A stretch of 60,554 nucleotides of DNA, filler included. It is 5 parts of 5 records of this genome, joined end to end, with 100 filler letters (N's around TTAATTAATTAA, not from the genome) between each part and the next. Parts side by side here need not be neighbours in the genome. Positions count along the whole stretch, not along the records: positions 39,993 to 52,862 come from SRR31156797_45604; 4 more parts are not named here. The stretch is one strand, 5' to 3'. Shown here piece by piece: positions 40,683 to 51,000 of the stretch (positions within the stretch are counted from its first letter, which is position 1; each line of letters starts with the position of its first letter). The position numbers and the translations under genes are program-made. The notes beneath the pieces were generated by a model that made no database searches, had not been told where the DNA came from, and saw only the letters and a list, made by a program, of their open reading frames with translations.

Positions 40683-40704
40683 AATTCTGGGGACACCATA
40701 TTTA
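40683..40704. repeat. REP-like end motif, right copy (inverted)
   Basis: AATTCTGGGGACACCATATTTA, 6 nt after an R''-like GCAGAAC (40670-40676). Confidence 0.7.
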
Positions 40705-40778
40705 ATTCGGTCGAGATTGGGGAGCTTGGGATGGACCAATGTTAAATGTTGTAATGTTTTGATTCTATATAATGGAAA

Positions 40779-40820
40779 TTGACGTTGGCCACTAGATGTA
40801 TTACTATTACCAGTATTACT
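40779..40820 (+). promoter_or_regulatory. sigma70 promoter with repeated GTATTACT operator-like motif
   Basis: TTGACG-N17-TACTAT; GTATTACT at 40798 and 40813; GGAGG RBS follows. Confidence 0.7.
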
Positions 40821-40839
40821 GCATACTGGAGGTCAAATC

Positions 40840-41064
40840 ATGAGAGTAACCACAAAAGGTCAAGTAACAATACCCCAACACATTCGCGAAAAATTAGGGA
40901 TTACCCCTGCAACAGAAGTCGATTTCATCGAGAAAGAAGGGCACGTCGTTCTAGTTAAATTGAAACGGAAAAAAGCCGCGACCCGCAAATTCGCAAAACT
41001 ACGCGGAGTTGCAGATGTCAAAATGACAACCGATGAGATTATGGCGTTAACGAGGGCGGATTGA
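40840..41064 (+). CDS. AbrB/MazE/SpoVT-family antitoxin (VapB-type)
   Basis: MRVTTKGQVTIPQHIREKLGI...MTTDEIMALTR. Confidence 0.92.
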   Translation: MRVTTKGQVTIPQHIREKLGITPATEVDFIEKEGHVVLVKLKRKKAATRKFAKLRGVADVKMTTDEIMALTRAD

Positions 41065-41471
41065 TGAAGGGACTTCTCGTTGACTCAAACGTCATTTTGG
41101 ATATTTTTCTTGACGATCCCAATTGGGCTGAATGGTCTGAATCAACGCTTGCAAATCATAGCATTTACACAACACTATATATTAACTCAATAGTGTACAC
41201 CGAAGTCTCAGTTGGCTTTGGCAGAATTGAAGCATTGGAGTCAGCCCTCCGGAAAGGGGGATTCCAGATGCTGGAAATCCCAAAGGAGGCACTGTTTTTG
41301 GCGGGTAAATCCTATCTTAAGTATAGAGAGAATAAAGGGATTAAGAGATCGCCGTTGCCAGATTTCCATATTGGTGCACAAGCTGCGGTTCTAGGCTTGG
41401 ATTTAATTACACGGGATGTGAACAGATACCAAACATATTTTCCAACCGTCAGGCTGATCCATCCGGAATGA
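41064..41471 (+). CDS. vapC: PIN-domain toxin
   Basis: LVDSNVILD, YTEVS, LPDFHIGAQA, LITRD acidic tetrad. Confidence 0.92.
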   Translation: MKGLLVDSNVILDIFLDDPNWAEWSESTLANHSIYTTLYINSIVYTEVSVGFGRIEALESALRKGGFQMLEIPKEALFLAGKSYLKYRENKGIKRSPLPDFHIGAQAAVLGLDLITRDVNRYQTYFPTVRLIHPE

Positions 41472-41481
41472 CCATAGACCC

Positions 41482-41570
41482 GATCATCGTCTCGTTTATG
41501 TGGATCTGAACATGGTACGCGCCGGAGTCGTGAAGCATCCTGTGGAGTGGCCTTATAGTGGGTACATGGG
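41482..41570 (+). pseudogene. Fragment of a REP-associated (RAYT / Y1 HUH) tyrosine transposase
   Basis: Manual translation from 41491: LVYVDLNMVRAGVVKHPVEWPYSGY, matching the catalytic-Tyr region YIxxNPVRAGxVxxPxxWxxSS. No start codon or HUH motif remains. Confidence 0.75.
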
Positions 41571-41623
41571 TGGTGCACTCTTTGAAGGCCTGATCATCAG
41601 CGAACCAAGGGATTGAAAAAAAT

Positions 41624-44600
41624 TCAGGAATCCTTTTTGGCCTCCTTGGCCCGGGTCTGGTCTTCGCGCAGCCAACTGGTCAAGAGATAAACAATATTCT
41701 TGTAAAGGGCGGGATACTCCTCAAGGATCTCCTGGAAGTCGTTACTGGTAATCATCAGCATTCGACATTCCTCCACGCATTTGGCGGTGGCGGAGCGGCC
41801 TTTCTTGTCCAGGACGGCCACTTCGCCGAAGCAGTCGGGAGGCCCGATGGTGACCAGAAGTTTGTCATTTTCATTGACGATATCCACCCTGCCTTCCAAT
41901 ATGAGATAGAGGGCATTGCCCGGGTCCCCCACCCTGAAAAGGACATGACCCGCCTCAAAACCGACCTCTTGCGCAATCTGGGCCATAATGATCATGTCCG
42001 TAATGGAAAACCCCTTGAAAAGCGAAACCTTTCTCAAAAAATGAATTTTTTCCAGTACCGGTATCATATCTTCAATCTCCTCCAAAACCGGCATGAACCG
42101 CTTTTGCATATCCGGCGGCACATCCAGTATGGCCGACACCTCCAGCCAATGGTTGCTTTGCATCAAAATCCGTTCATAGACGTCCTCGATGGTCAGGTGA
42201 CGACCGGGTAAATAATCCACATCCAAAAGGAATCCGTCCTCGAATGAAACCGCGTCCAGCAGTCGCAGAAATGCCGCGTGTTCATCCCTCTTGCCTTGAA
42301 CCAGGCTATCCAGATATTCAATGGATTTGCCTTTCACATGGTCTATATTCCCCGACGTGGTATGGGTAATCCGGTAGTAAGAATCAAATATTCCCTGATC
42401 AGGATAGAAGATATCCAGGATTTTAAAAACACACCACACCCGGTGTTCAATGTTCCGGGCCAGTTCGATCAACAGCAGGCTGTCCCGGTTCCACATTTTA
42501 ACCACCGAATAATAACGGCAGTATTCCGTACATAAATCAATCTCCTTGGGCAGATCTGCCCAGAGCGTGCCACAATCCAAATGCGATTCGGTTTTACGGA
42601 TCTTCCCCATAACATTCAGGGCTTCCTCCCTGATCCGGGGAACATTCAGATTTCCCAGCATATGGAGCAAAAAATCTATGGTTTCGGGCGATGGGATGGC
42701 CTGAAGGCTTCTCAGGCATTTCCGTAATTCAAAATGGGATTTGGAATCAATGATGGATGCGATCATTTTGGAGATAATGGGATAAGCGGCTTTCTCCAGA
42801 AAGGCCAGGTTCTCATTGAACCTTTCAAAATCGGTAATCCGGTTGAACCCCACCCTCTCCAGATATGCGCTGAACAGACGCGCATCCCCCAGCTTACCCA
42901 ACGCCCTCAATATAACGTCAAAGGCGCCTGCGGGGGGCAGATCAAAATGCGCCGCCACATCATTCTTCAGTTGCCGGAGGCCTAAACGGCCGGTCAGCCA
43001 GATCCCCGCAAGCACATTTTCCGTTGTGTCCGAATGGATGAGAGAAACCGTTTCATGAACCACCGACCGTTTTAATGCATCGTTTCCGCTTTTATGGGCA
43101 ATGGCCAGGATATAACGCCTGTAGACAATTGGGAGCACTGAATCCATCCACCGCAAAATGACGCTTTCGTGGGAGATGCCCCAGCGGGCAATGACCTTGA
43201 GACAGGCCAGTTTCAGGGCTTTATCGGTTTCCGCTTCAAATAAACCCTCCAAACGGGCAATCAAGGGCGCAATACCCCGAGATCCGATAACGGAAACGGC
43301 TTCCAGCCGAACGTCCCGGTCATGGTTATCCAGAAGTTCCAGCAAAATAAAGTTCAAATCCGATGAATAATTGTTGCCGATGATGTCAAGAATATAAAGG
43401 TACCCGTATCGATCGTCTGTTCCCGAAACCGCCTTCTCATACTGATCAATAATATATTTGACCTCCATCCTCACCAGCGAACTTTCAGCACCGGAAAGGG
43501 ACAAACGCCTCAAAACCGACGTTCTGAGGGAAGAGATGTAGTGCCCGGGGATTCGAGACACCACACCGATCATCACCATCAGGAATGCCATGATCAGAAA
43601 ACAGTACAGGGGCACCACATTCTGCTGGGGGGGCAACACCACAAAAAAGAGACAGATAAGGATTACCACCACAGGCTTGATCAGAAGCTTGGAATAGAGC
43701 CTCAGAGCGTTGGAGAGTCTTTCCGGAACTGAAAACATGAGCACCTGGTAGGCCGCATCAAAAATGATGCGCCTGATCAGTTCATTGACGCCGCACGCCA
43801 CAACGGTCCCCCAGAATAGAAAGTCTTCATAACCGGGACCGCGCATGAAATAAGCCCACAGGAGAAGTCCAAGGTTCGGGATCAAGAGGAAAGGATAGGA
43901 AAAAAGGATACGGCCGTTGAACCACAACCGTGTAAAGAAATAGATGAAAACAAGTTGAAACACTACTTGAAAAGAACTGATAAAGGCCTTGTAATCTCCT
44001 ATAAATTCCGTTTTTGGATCCGGTTGGTCAGAACCATGGAATATGACCGTTTCCATGGTTGAATCGACGGGAAATCTCTCATTTAGCTGGGTATCGAAAA
44101 GGACCTTGAAAAAGAGGTTAAATACGCCGATCAGGATGGTGAGGTAAATGATGGATCGCATGACCCGGTATTTTTTCTGGGACGTAAAGAGGGCGCCGAA
44201 TCCCACCCGCTCACCGGTTTCGTTTCTGAGTATGCGCGATCGATGAATGGAAAAAATGTAGGAAACAATCAGGTAGCTGACGCTGGAAATGACCATGGTC
44301 AAAATCAGAAACCCCAAAGGGTTATCGGCCGGGATCAAAGGGACCACGCATCTTCCCGACAGAAAGGCGGCGATTCCGCCGGAAAAAAGAAACAGGTTCT
44401 GAATCTTCCTTGATTCCCGAATATCAATACAGTAGTTGATCAGGGTCCAGGTCTGAACAATGATGAAATCATCCAGGATGTCATAAATAACAAAGTAAAA
44501 TGATGCCGGGAAAAACTTCTGCTGAAAACCGGGCAGGAACAGGGGCACCAGATAAAGTACCAGTGAGCATCCGATCAGAAAAAGGATATCCCTTTTGATT

Positions 44601-44896
44601 CGATACTCAAATGAAATCTTCGGGTTTAGGACATGGTACAGAAAATAGAAAAGAATAAAGCCCAAGCCCGCAAATCCATATAGGAAAAAATAGGGCCGTT
44701 GGTTGAACCCCTCCTGAAAGCCCGGGGTCATTTGAATGGCCGTCAGAAAGTTACTTTTGGTATAGGAAGTAATAACGGTGAAACATGAAATGTTAAAAAA
44801 GACAAACAGGCATAGCCCGATAATCAACTGAACATGATTGCGGTTGGCATCCGTTCGATTCCACATGGCGGTCGATTCGGTTCTTAAAAGAAGCAA
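41624..44896 (-). CDS. NTT/TLC-like nucleotide transporter fused to HEAT repeats and a C-terminal cNMP-binding domain
   Basis: About 12 TM N-terminal half (QTWTLIN...RESRK), HEAT-like VRLEAVSVIG/RALGKLGD, and LEKIHFLRKVSLF...GEVAVLD...RSATA. True start may be ATG 44866. Confidence 0.8.
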   Translation of the reverse strand: MLLLRTESTAMWNRTDANRNHVQLIIGLCLFVFFNISCFTVITSYTKSNFLTAIQMTPGFQEGFNQRPYFFLYGFAGLGFILFYFLYHVLNPKISFEYRIKRDILFLIGCSLVLYLVPLFLPGFQQKFFPASFYFVIYDILDDFIIVQTWTLINYCIDIRESRKIQNLFLFSGGIAAFLSGRCVVPLIPADNPLGFLILTMVISSVSYLIVSYIFSIHRSRILRNETGERVGFGALFTSQKKYRVMRSIIYLTILIGVFNLFFKVLFDTQLNERFPVDSTMETVIFHGSDQPDPKTEFIGDYKAFISSFQVVFQLVFIYFFTRLWFNGRILFSYPFLLIPNLGLLLWAYFMRGPGYEDFLFWGTVVACGVNELIRRIIFDAAYQVLMFSVPERLSNALRLYSKLLIKPVVVILICLFFVVLPPQQNVVPLYCFLIMAFLMVMIGVVSRIPGHYISSLRTSVLRRLSLSGAESSLVRMEVKYIIDQYEKAVSGTDDRYGYLYILDIIGNNYSSDLNFILLELLDNHDRDVRLEAVSVIGSRGIAPLIARLEGLFEAETDKALKLACLKVIARWGISHESVILRWMDSVLPIVYRRYILAIAHKSGNDALKRSVVHETVSLIHSDTTENVLAGIWLTGRLGLRQLKNDVAAHFDLPPAGAFDVILRALGKLGDARLFSAYLERVGFNRITDFERFNENLAFLEKAAYPIISKMIASIIDSKSHFELRKCLRSLQAIPSPETIDFLLHMLGNLNVPRIREEALNVMGKIRKTESHLDCGTLWADLPKEIDLCTEYCRYYSVVKMWNRDSLLLIELARNIEHRVWCVFKILDIFYPDQGIFDSYYRITHTTSGNIDHVKGKSIEYLDSLVQGKRDEHAAFLRLLDAVSFEDGFLLDVDYLPGRHLTIEDVYERILMQSNHWLEVSAILDVPPDMQKRFMPVLEEIEDMIPVLEKIHFLRKVSLFKGFSITDMIIMAQIAQEVGFEAGHVLFRVGDPGNALYLILEGRVDIVNENDKLLVTIGPPDCFGEVAVLDKKGRSATAKCVEECRMLMITSNDFQEILEEYPALYKNIVYLLTSWLREDQTRAKEAKKDS

Positions 44897-44960
44897 TTAG
44901 CGGTTAGCCGTTAGCTATTAGATAATGGTTAAGCTAATTGCTAAGAGCTAAAAGCTAACA
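44897..44960. repeat. Heptamer array forming an inverted repeat
   Basis: TTAGCGG TTAGCCG TTAGCTA TTAGATA, 8-nt spacer, GCTAATT GCTAAGA GCTAAAA GCTAACA. Confidence 0.85.
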
Positions 44961-44967
44961 GCAGAAT

Positions 44968-46629
44968 TCACTTTTTATCCAGCTTCAAGACCTTTCGGTT
45001 ATGATCGTAGGTGCTGCTGATGCGGCGCAACTCCCTCACAAAAGGGATGGGCATGCGGTTGTAAAACTGAATGGTCTCGGGCGTATGGTCTGCCTCGTAA
45101 AGGGGAATGTTTTCAAAGGTTTCACCCTTGTAGGCACTTTTTCTGACAAACCTGGACGTGGGCGCCCGGTCAAAAACAAGCCTTCCGTCCGCATCATAGC
45201 GGTAACCGTTCACATAAAGCCACTTATAAAAAGACTTTCTGTCAGCCGCGGCCCTCCTTTTGTACGGTTTTTTCCTTTTAAGGGAATAGGCGTGGAAGTA
45301 TTTAACGCCCATCACTTCGGGTTTTCCGTCCCCATCAATATCAAACACATCAAAATGGTTGGATTTATTTCGGTACGTCACCACCTTGGGCAGCAATTTC
45401 TCATCCGATGGGAGCATCTGCCGCAATTCGGAAATATGCCCGGCATTCACATGGGTACACCCGTGGGACATGGGGCCCCGGCTGAGCAACCATAACCGGG
45501 GGTACGGTTTCCCGGTGCGACTCTCCTTTGTATTCTCTTTCCATTCTTTGGGAATGAAAGTGTTTTTCCGTACATCATTATCAAACCACAGGGTGTGAAA
45601 CGAATTGTGCAGCGTTTTTCCCACGTGCATATAGGGAATCCAGGGGAGATATCCGTAGCAAACCTTGTCCGGTATGTGATCCACCACCTTGGTGCGCTGA
45701 TGTTCAATGAGGTTGCGCTTTCCGGGGCAGGGATAAAGGGGAATATTTTGGCCATCGTATTTGGCGAATTGATTGAGGGTTCCAACGGGATAAACGGCCG
45801 TGAATTCATAAAAATCGAGCATCTTCCCATTTAACGGGTAAATGCCGTTGGTGGCGGCTTTAAACAGGTTCACGGCAGCGCGGTAAACCGACTTCCAGGC
45901 CATTTCGCTCTTTAGATCCTCCTCGTAAATACCATAGAGGGTAATGGCATTTCGCAGTTGATCTTTCAATCGCCACGGTAATTCGGTGACCCATATGCGC
46001 GTGGGCAACATGTTGTTAATGAGGACCAGGCTCTCCTGGATCGAGGGCTCTTTGTGGAGAAATGGCGCCAGCTGACTTGACCATCGGCGCATTTGACCAT
46101 CAAAATCGATTTTAATATGGAAAACCCTTCCGGGGTTCAGCTTTTCAAGAATTTCAAGGCTGATTTTCCGGTACTCCGCCGGATCCATACGGCTTTTCCC
46201 GGCGGCCAGACTCAGGATGTTTTCTTTTGAAAGAATCCGGCTGAATTTTTCAAAACCCAAGTTCTGAGTCAGCTTGATCTTTGATTTTTTGATCAACTCT
46301 TCGTAGACCCTATATCTCAAAGCAAGATCCGGAAGATACGAATCAATGACCCGGTTTGAGAGGATCAGGGTAACGCGAACCTGGTTGCCGCGTCCCAGAT
46401 GGATGTGGATATTTTTGGGTTCCTGGCATCGCGGCGCGAATCCCGTATAGAATGACGGTTCTATGCGGTAATAAAATACCCCTTGGGGCTCGGTTTTCGC
46501 ATCATTCCGATCTCGGGATTGATTCTTCGCGTCTCCGGCGGCCTGAACGTTGAAGGCCGATACCAGGAATACGGCCGCAAGGATTGTTCTGAAAGCATAT
46601 AAAAGTCTTATATCGAATCGGTTTTTCAT
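44968..46629 (-). CDS. Exported basic protein with an L,D-transpeptidase-like SHGC motif
   Basis: Signal peptide (VQA|A); SRGPMSHGCTHV resembles the YkuD SHGCxR motif; the remainder is unrecognised. Confidence 0.6.
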   Translation of the reverse strand: MKNRFDIRLLYAFRTILAAVFLVSAFNVQAAGDAKNQSRDRNDAKTEPQGVFYYRIEPSFYTGFAPRCQEPKNIHIHLGRGNQVRVTLILSNRVIDSYLPDLALRYRVYEELIKKSKIKLTQNLGFEKFSRILSKENILSLAAGKSRMDPAEYRKISLEILEKLNPGRVFHIKIDFDGQMRRWSSQLAPFLHKEPSIQESLVLINNMLPTRIWVTELPWRLKDQLRNAITLYGIYEEDLKSEMAWKSVYRAAVNLFKAATNGIYPLNGKMLDFYEFTAVYPVGTLNQFAKYDGQNIPLYPCPGKRNLIEHQRTKVVDHIPDKVCYGYLPWIPYMHVGKTLHNSFHTLWFDNDVRKNTFIPKEWKENTKESRTGKPYPRLWLLSRGPMSHGCTHVNAGHISELRQMLPSDEKLLPKVVTYRNKSNHFDVFDIDGDGKPEVMGVKYFHAYSLKRKKPYKRRAAADRKSFYKWLYVNGYRYDADGRLVFDRAPTSRFVRKSAYKGETFENIPLYEADHTPETIQFYNRMPIPFVRELRRISSTYDHNRKVLKLDKK

Positions 46630-46663
46630 TAAATGGTTATCCTATGTTGTGTGGGGCAAATCA

Positions 46664-47959
46664 TCATTCTCCCGGACTTGCGCTCTCACGTTTTTTGTAT
46701 TCTCTGATCAGTAATGGAACAATGAGGATCCAAATGATAATCAACCCGATCACCATGTAATTGATCCGGAGGGCCGTGACCGCCATAACCGCCTGCATGC
46801 CGATGATAACCGCACCGATACCCCCTTTGGCAAAGCGGTATATGAACATGTCGATAACCGCCTTTCCCTTGTATTTTTCAATATAACTCAACGGGATGTA
46901 AAGGATTTCCTTGGCCGAACGGAAGATGGAATAGGAGAGGCTCTTGTTGGCCAGACGCGTACCGAACAAAACGCCCATGGTCGGCGCAAAGAAGAAGGCA
47001 AAAGATCCGGCGCCCATGATGGCCGGCACCAGTACCAACGACAGCAACAGCCCCAGGAAATGGAGCATGGGTGCACTGATCCCGAACTGGAGAACCAGTG
47101 AAATCACATTGGTTGCACCATAGAATCTGGCCAGGTACGCGGTCCTCAGATCCAGTTCGGTGACCTGGACTTCCAGCACCTGGTTGAACTGCAGCCCGAT
47201 GAGCGCCGTCACAAACTGGCTCAACATGAGCATGACGCAGATCAAAATCAAATATTTTGATTTCAACACCACGTCAAAGCCGCCCCAGATACTCCCTGTT
47301 CTCTCTTTTTCCGGAACATTTCCAGCCCCTTTTTTGCGGGCCCGGGCCAGTATCTCGCCCCCCTTCCGGTTGGCATATGTAAACAACCATACCCCCAGCA
47401 GCAGCGCCCCGCACCCCACGAATATGAGGTTTTTGGATCCCATAACGGACGCCAGTTCGGAGGTCAGGACACTGGCCACGATACCACCGATGGAACATCC
47501 CCCCGCCAGAAATCCATAGAGGATCTTGGCCCGCCTTTCAGAGAATGTGGTATCACAAAAAGTCCATAATTGCTCAATAAGGATAACCACATAGATGTCT
47601 TTTACAATGAAAGCCATCAGGGAAAACCCTCTGTTTTTGGCTGAAAAATAGAGATAGAACAGGAGAAAAAAAGCCACCGCCAGAAAATTGCTCACCGCAA
47701 AAAGTCCGGCGGGTCTGGCGGAAACCACGAATCTATTATAAACCCAGACCACCAACGCCGTGGCCAGGGCCGATATGATCCACACATGGGGCATTTTGGA
47801 AGCCCCCCATGATGACAGGAAGAGGGACTCACAAACCGGTCGGATAAAACTGTAGCTGAACAAGACCAGGAAAAAGCAGCCGAAAAGCGGCAGAAAAAGG
47901 CCTTTGTTTTCTCCGGCTGCCGCGAAAAAATTTTCAACCAATCGTTTTATGGGAGCCAT
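46664..47959 (-). CDS. NTT/TLC (Npt1/Npt2-like) MFS nucleotide transporter
   Basis: YSFIRPVCESLF, LWTF...RAKILYG, YSIFRSAKEILYIPL...KYKGKAVID.F.YRFAK; the last is an NTT-family hallmark. Confidence 0.88.
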   Translation of the reverse strand: MAPIKRLVENFFAAAGENKGLFLPLFGCFFLVLFSYSFIRPVCESLFLSSWGASKMPHVWIISALATALVVWVYNRFVVSARPAGLFAVSNFLAVAFFLLFYLYFSAKNRGFSLMAFIVKDIYVVILIEQLWTFCDTTFSERRAKILYGFLAGGCSIGGIVASVLTSELASVMGSKNLIFVGCGALLLGVWLFTYANRKGGEILARARKKGAGNVPEKERTGSIWGGFDVVLKSKYLILICVMLMLSQFVTALIGLQFNQVLEVQVTELDLRTAYLARFYGATNVISLVLQFGISAPMLHFLGLLLSLVLVPAIMGAGSFAFFFAPTMGVLFGTRLANKSLSYSIFRSAKEILYIPLSYIEKYKGKAVIDMFIYRFAKGGIGAVIIGMQAVMAVTALRINYMVIGLIIIWILIVPLLIREYKKRESASPGE

Positions 47960-47978
47960 TTTCAATCCTCAAAAATAA

Positions 47979-48010
47979 CCATCCCGCCATTGGGCAAAAT
48001 GGCGGGATGG
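47979..48010 (-). terminator. 13-bp hairpin with U-rich tail inside the putative operon
   Basis: CCATCCCGCCATT/AATGGCGGGATGG perfect stem; on the minus strand followed by TTATTTTT, then the GAGGA RBS of the NTT gene. Confidence 0.65.
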
Positions 48011-48079
48011 TCGGGAGAAAAATGCGCGGAGCGGCTATAAACTAAATTTTTTTCAAACAATATGGTTTCATGCAATGAA

Positions 48080-51000
48080 TCACTGCTGCCACTTGACTTT
48101 TGCATCCAGGGAAAAAGGTTCACCTTCTTTCTCTTTAACCCCCTCGTCCAGTGCTGCAAGGGCCGGCAGGTTCCTTAGGTCACTATTCCCCACAAAGGGT
48201 CGCGTTTGAAACAGATAGAGTTTTCCGCCCGTAAAACCATACTCAATATCCCAGGGCAACGGATCGCCGTCGGCACCCTTTTCAGGGGTAAATTCCCTCT
48301 TTATTTTCTCGGCGGACATCACCAGAGCGCTCAGTTCCTCATCCGTCAAAACCCGTTCATTACCGGTGGCGGGGACCATTCGGCTCCCCCCCTTCCCTTC
48401 AAGAATCAGCATCCGACGGGTGGGAGACTTGAACTGATTTAACAAAATGGTCTCGTTGGGGCTGTAGAGCAGGGTCTCGGCGGGTGATCCGTCCACCGTA
48501 CCGCCGACCCCCTCCGCCGTGGCAATGGTCATTTTGGCGGTATCCCCCGTGTCCACATCCGCCGTAATCAATACACCGGATTTCTCGGAAGGCACCGACT
48601 CCAGCACAACAATGGACGGAAACACCAGGTTCGGATCACTGATGACCGTCTGCCGCCATGAAAATGACCGGTAGGTAAAAGGCGAGGCCCAAACCCTTTT
48701 GACGCCTTTCAATACGTCTTGAAAGGTCATGAGATTGAAAATGGTCAGATTAAGTCCCGCCCCGTTAAAATTGGGCATGTCTTCCACATTGGTGTCGGAG
48801 CGTACAAAAACGCCGCGTAAACGGTCCCTTCCGGGCCCCGCGAAAATCCCCTGGGCCGCAATCTCTTCCCCTAGGGCCTTCACAAAGGACGGGTCCAGGT
48901 CGATTTTTCCGATGGAATACCGAATGACTTCCAACCTGGGACGTATCCATTGCGCCAGCTCCGCGGACGATATGTCGGGATCCTTTAACAAGCGGTTGAA
49001 AAAGGTATCATAGGTGCGCCTCACGAATTTATCCAGGGGCTCCCCTTCCCCGGCAATCCCCTTAAGTTTTTTGGGCAGTACCACGGTGGCTTTCTGAAAA
49101 TGGGCATTATAAATGCCGAAAGGGATGACCACCCCCCGCGCCACATTCTTTGGAAAATGGTATTTCAATTCTCCCAGGAAAGCCGCTTTGGGCCCGCATA
49201 CGCTTCCGGAATCCTTCCGTCTCAAATCGTCCAGGCCCAGGACCCGGGTTTCCTTGAGATTCAGCCGCTCGGCATCTATGGACAATTTACTCGATTGACC
49301 TTTAATCTCCGCGTCGGCGGTCCGTTTGATATTTTTTTCATATTCCGAAAGGATCAGTCTGTCCACCCGGTCCATCTTATCCGCTTCCTTAAGGATAATG
49401 CGACCCACCGGCGTAACGGCATAAAAGAGGGGCTTCCCCTTAACCGGGGGCAGACGTCTGTATAGCGCATCCAGGAAAACCGCATTGGGAACCCCAAGGG
49501 CCCGGGCCAGCAACTGCACGTGGGACACCACGTTCCCCTCATCCTTGGTGATAATCCCCGAGACGGGTTCCAGTTCGGCGTTGGTGGTCTCCAGGGCCAG
49601 GATATTATCACGGGTGTAACGCTGATCTTCATGGAAAAAAGCCAACGGTCCCAGGGCCAATCCCGGATTCAGGGCCCTGACCCCTTCCACGTAGGTCTTC
49701 CCCAGGATATGGTGCTTAAGGTCCAGTTTACTCAGCAGATGGCCGCGTAGGGATTTGACAATGTTGGCGTAGGCCATAAGGGGGGAAGAGCGGATGATAT
49801 CGTCATTGATCCACTGGACTTCCGGAATAAGATATACCCAAGGCTCCCACACTTCGGAAAATGCCGTTCGGATGGAAGCCTGGGCCCATTCCACGGCCAG
49901 ACCGGCGCGGTTGAGGGATCGATTTGCAATTCCCAGGGTCAAATTCTTGTTGTTGAGCAGTTTGTTCAAAGCCAGGATACCGGTTTCATATTCCCGATGG
50001 CTCATGAGCCCGGCCCCGTAACTGCCGGCAAGGGTATCCTTTAAAATACCGATGAGTTCCCGGACCGTCCAATCCCGATCCAATTCCATGAGCCGGTTGG
50101 TGGTCATAAGGATGAGTAAATTGGCGGACACATTCAGGTTGATGAGGGTTACGGCCTCCTCGGGCTTAATCTCCTTGGCCGCCACCGTTTCCCGGGACGC
50201 CACCACCAGATCCGCCAGATTGTGAAGGAGCCGTAAGGGGGCATTCTTGGGAATGTTCAATATATTCTTCACCAGGTTGCGGATGCCGGGTTCCGAAATA
50301 TCCGGCAGATACTCTTTCAACTGACTTTGATCCACATGGGTGAGGCTCCGGATCATTTTAATCAACCGTTCATATTTTTTAGCGTTTTTACGATCCCGGG
50401 GATGTTTTTTCTGAAAATCTTGGATGAGCGGCACCAACCCCGGAGAGAGGCGGTTGTGCACCAGATCTTTCACCGGCTTGAAGGGTTTGTAGTTGCGATA
50501 GATGACCAGGGAGAGGTTTCTGATATCGTTTACCAGGCTCAAATTGCATTTACAGAAAAAACGCCTCTGTAATTCATATTGAAGCAGGTAATTGTGGAAA
50601 TCCTTCCAGTCGGCGAGGGCATAGTATTTGGCAAAAAAGATGGGTGCGTATTTGACTTCAAACTCGGTGCCGGAGATGCCCCCGTAGGCCCGGGCCATGG
50701 TCAGTTTGCTTTCCGGGTGGGTTTCCATGTAATATTTTTCCAGGATAAACCCTTTCACCAGACGGTGATGGTCCGGATTTTCATCCCATAAAAATACCTC
50801 ATTTGAAAAAATATTCCCAACATAGACGCCGTTTCGGGCAAGGGTTTTACCGAATTTGTTTCGGTAAGCCGAACAGAAAAGCTGCCCCACCCCCTGCAAT
50901 TCCCGGCAGGGATTGGGACGGACGCGCATGTTTTTATCGGCCACCCGCGCCAGTTTACCGTTGGTGCAGGTGCAGGTATTCATGTCGAAAGGTCCCTTTC

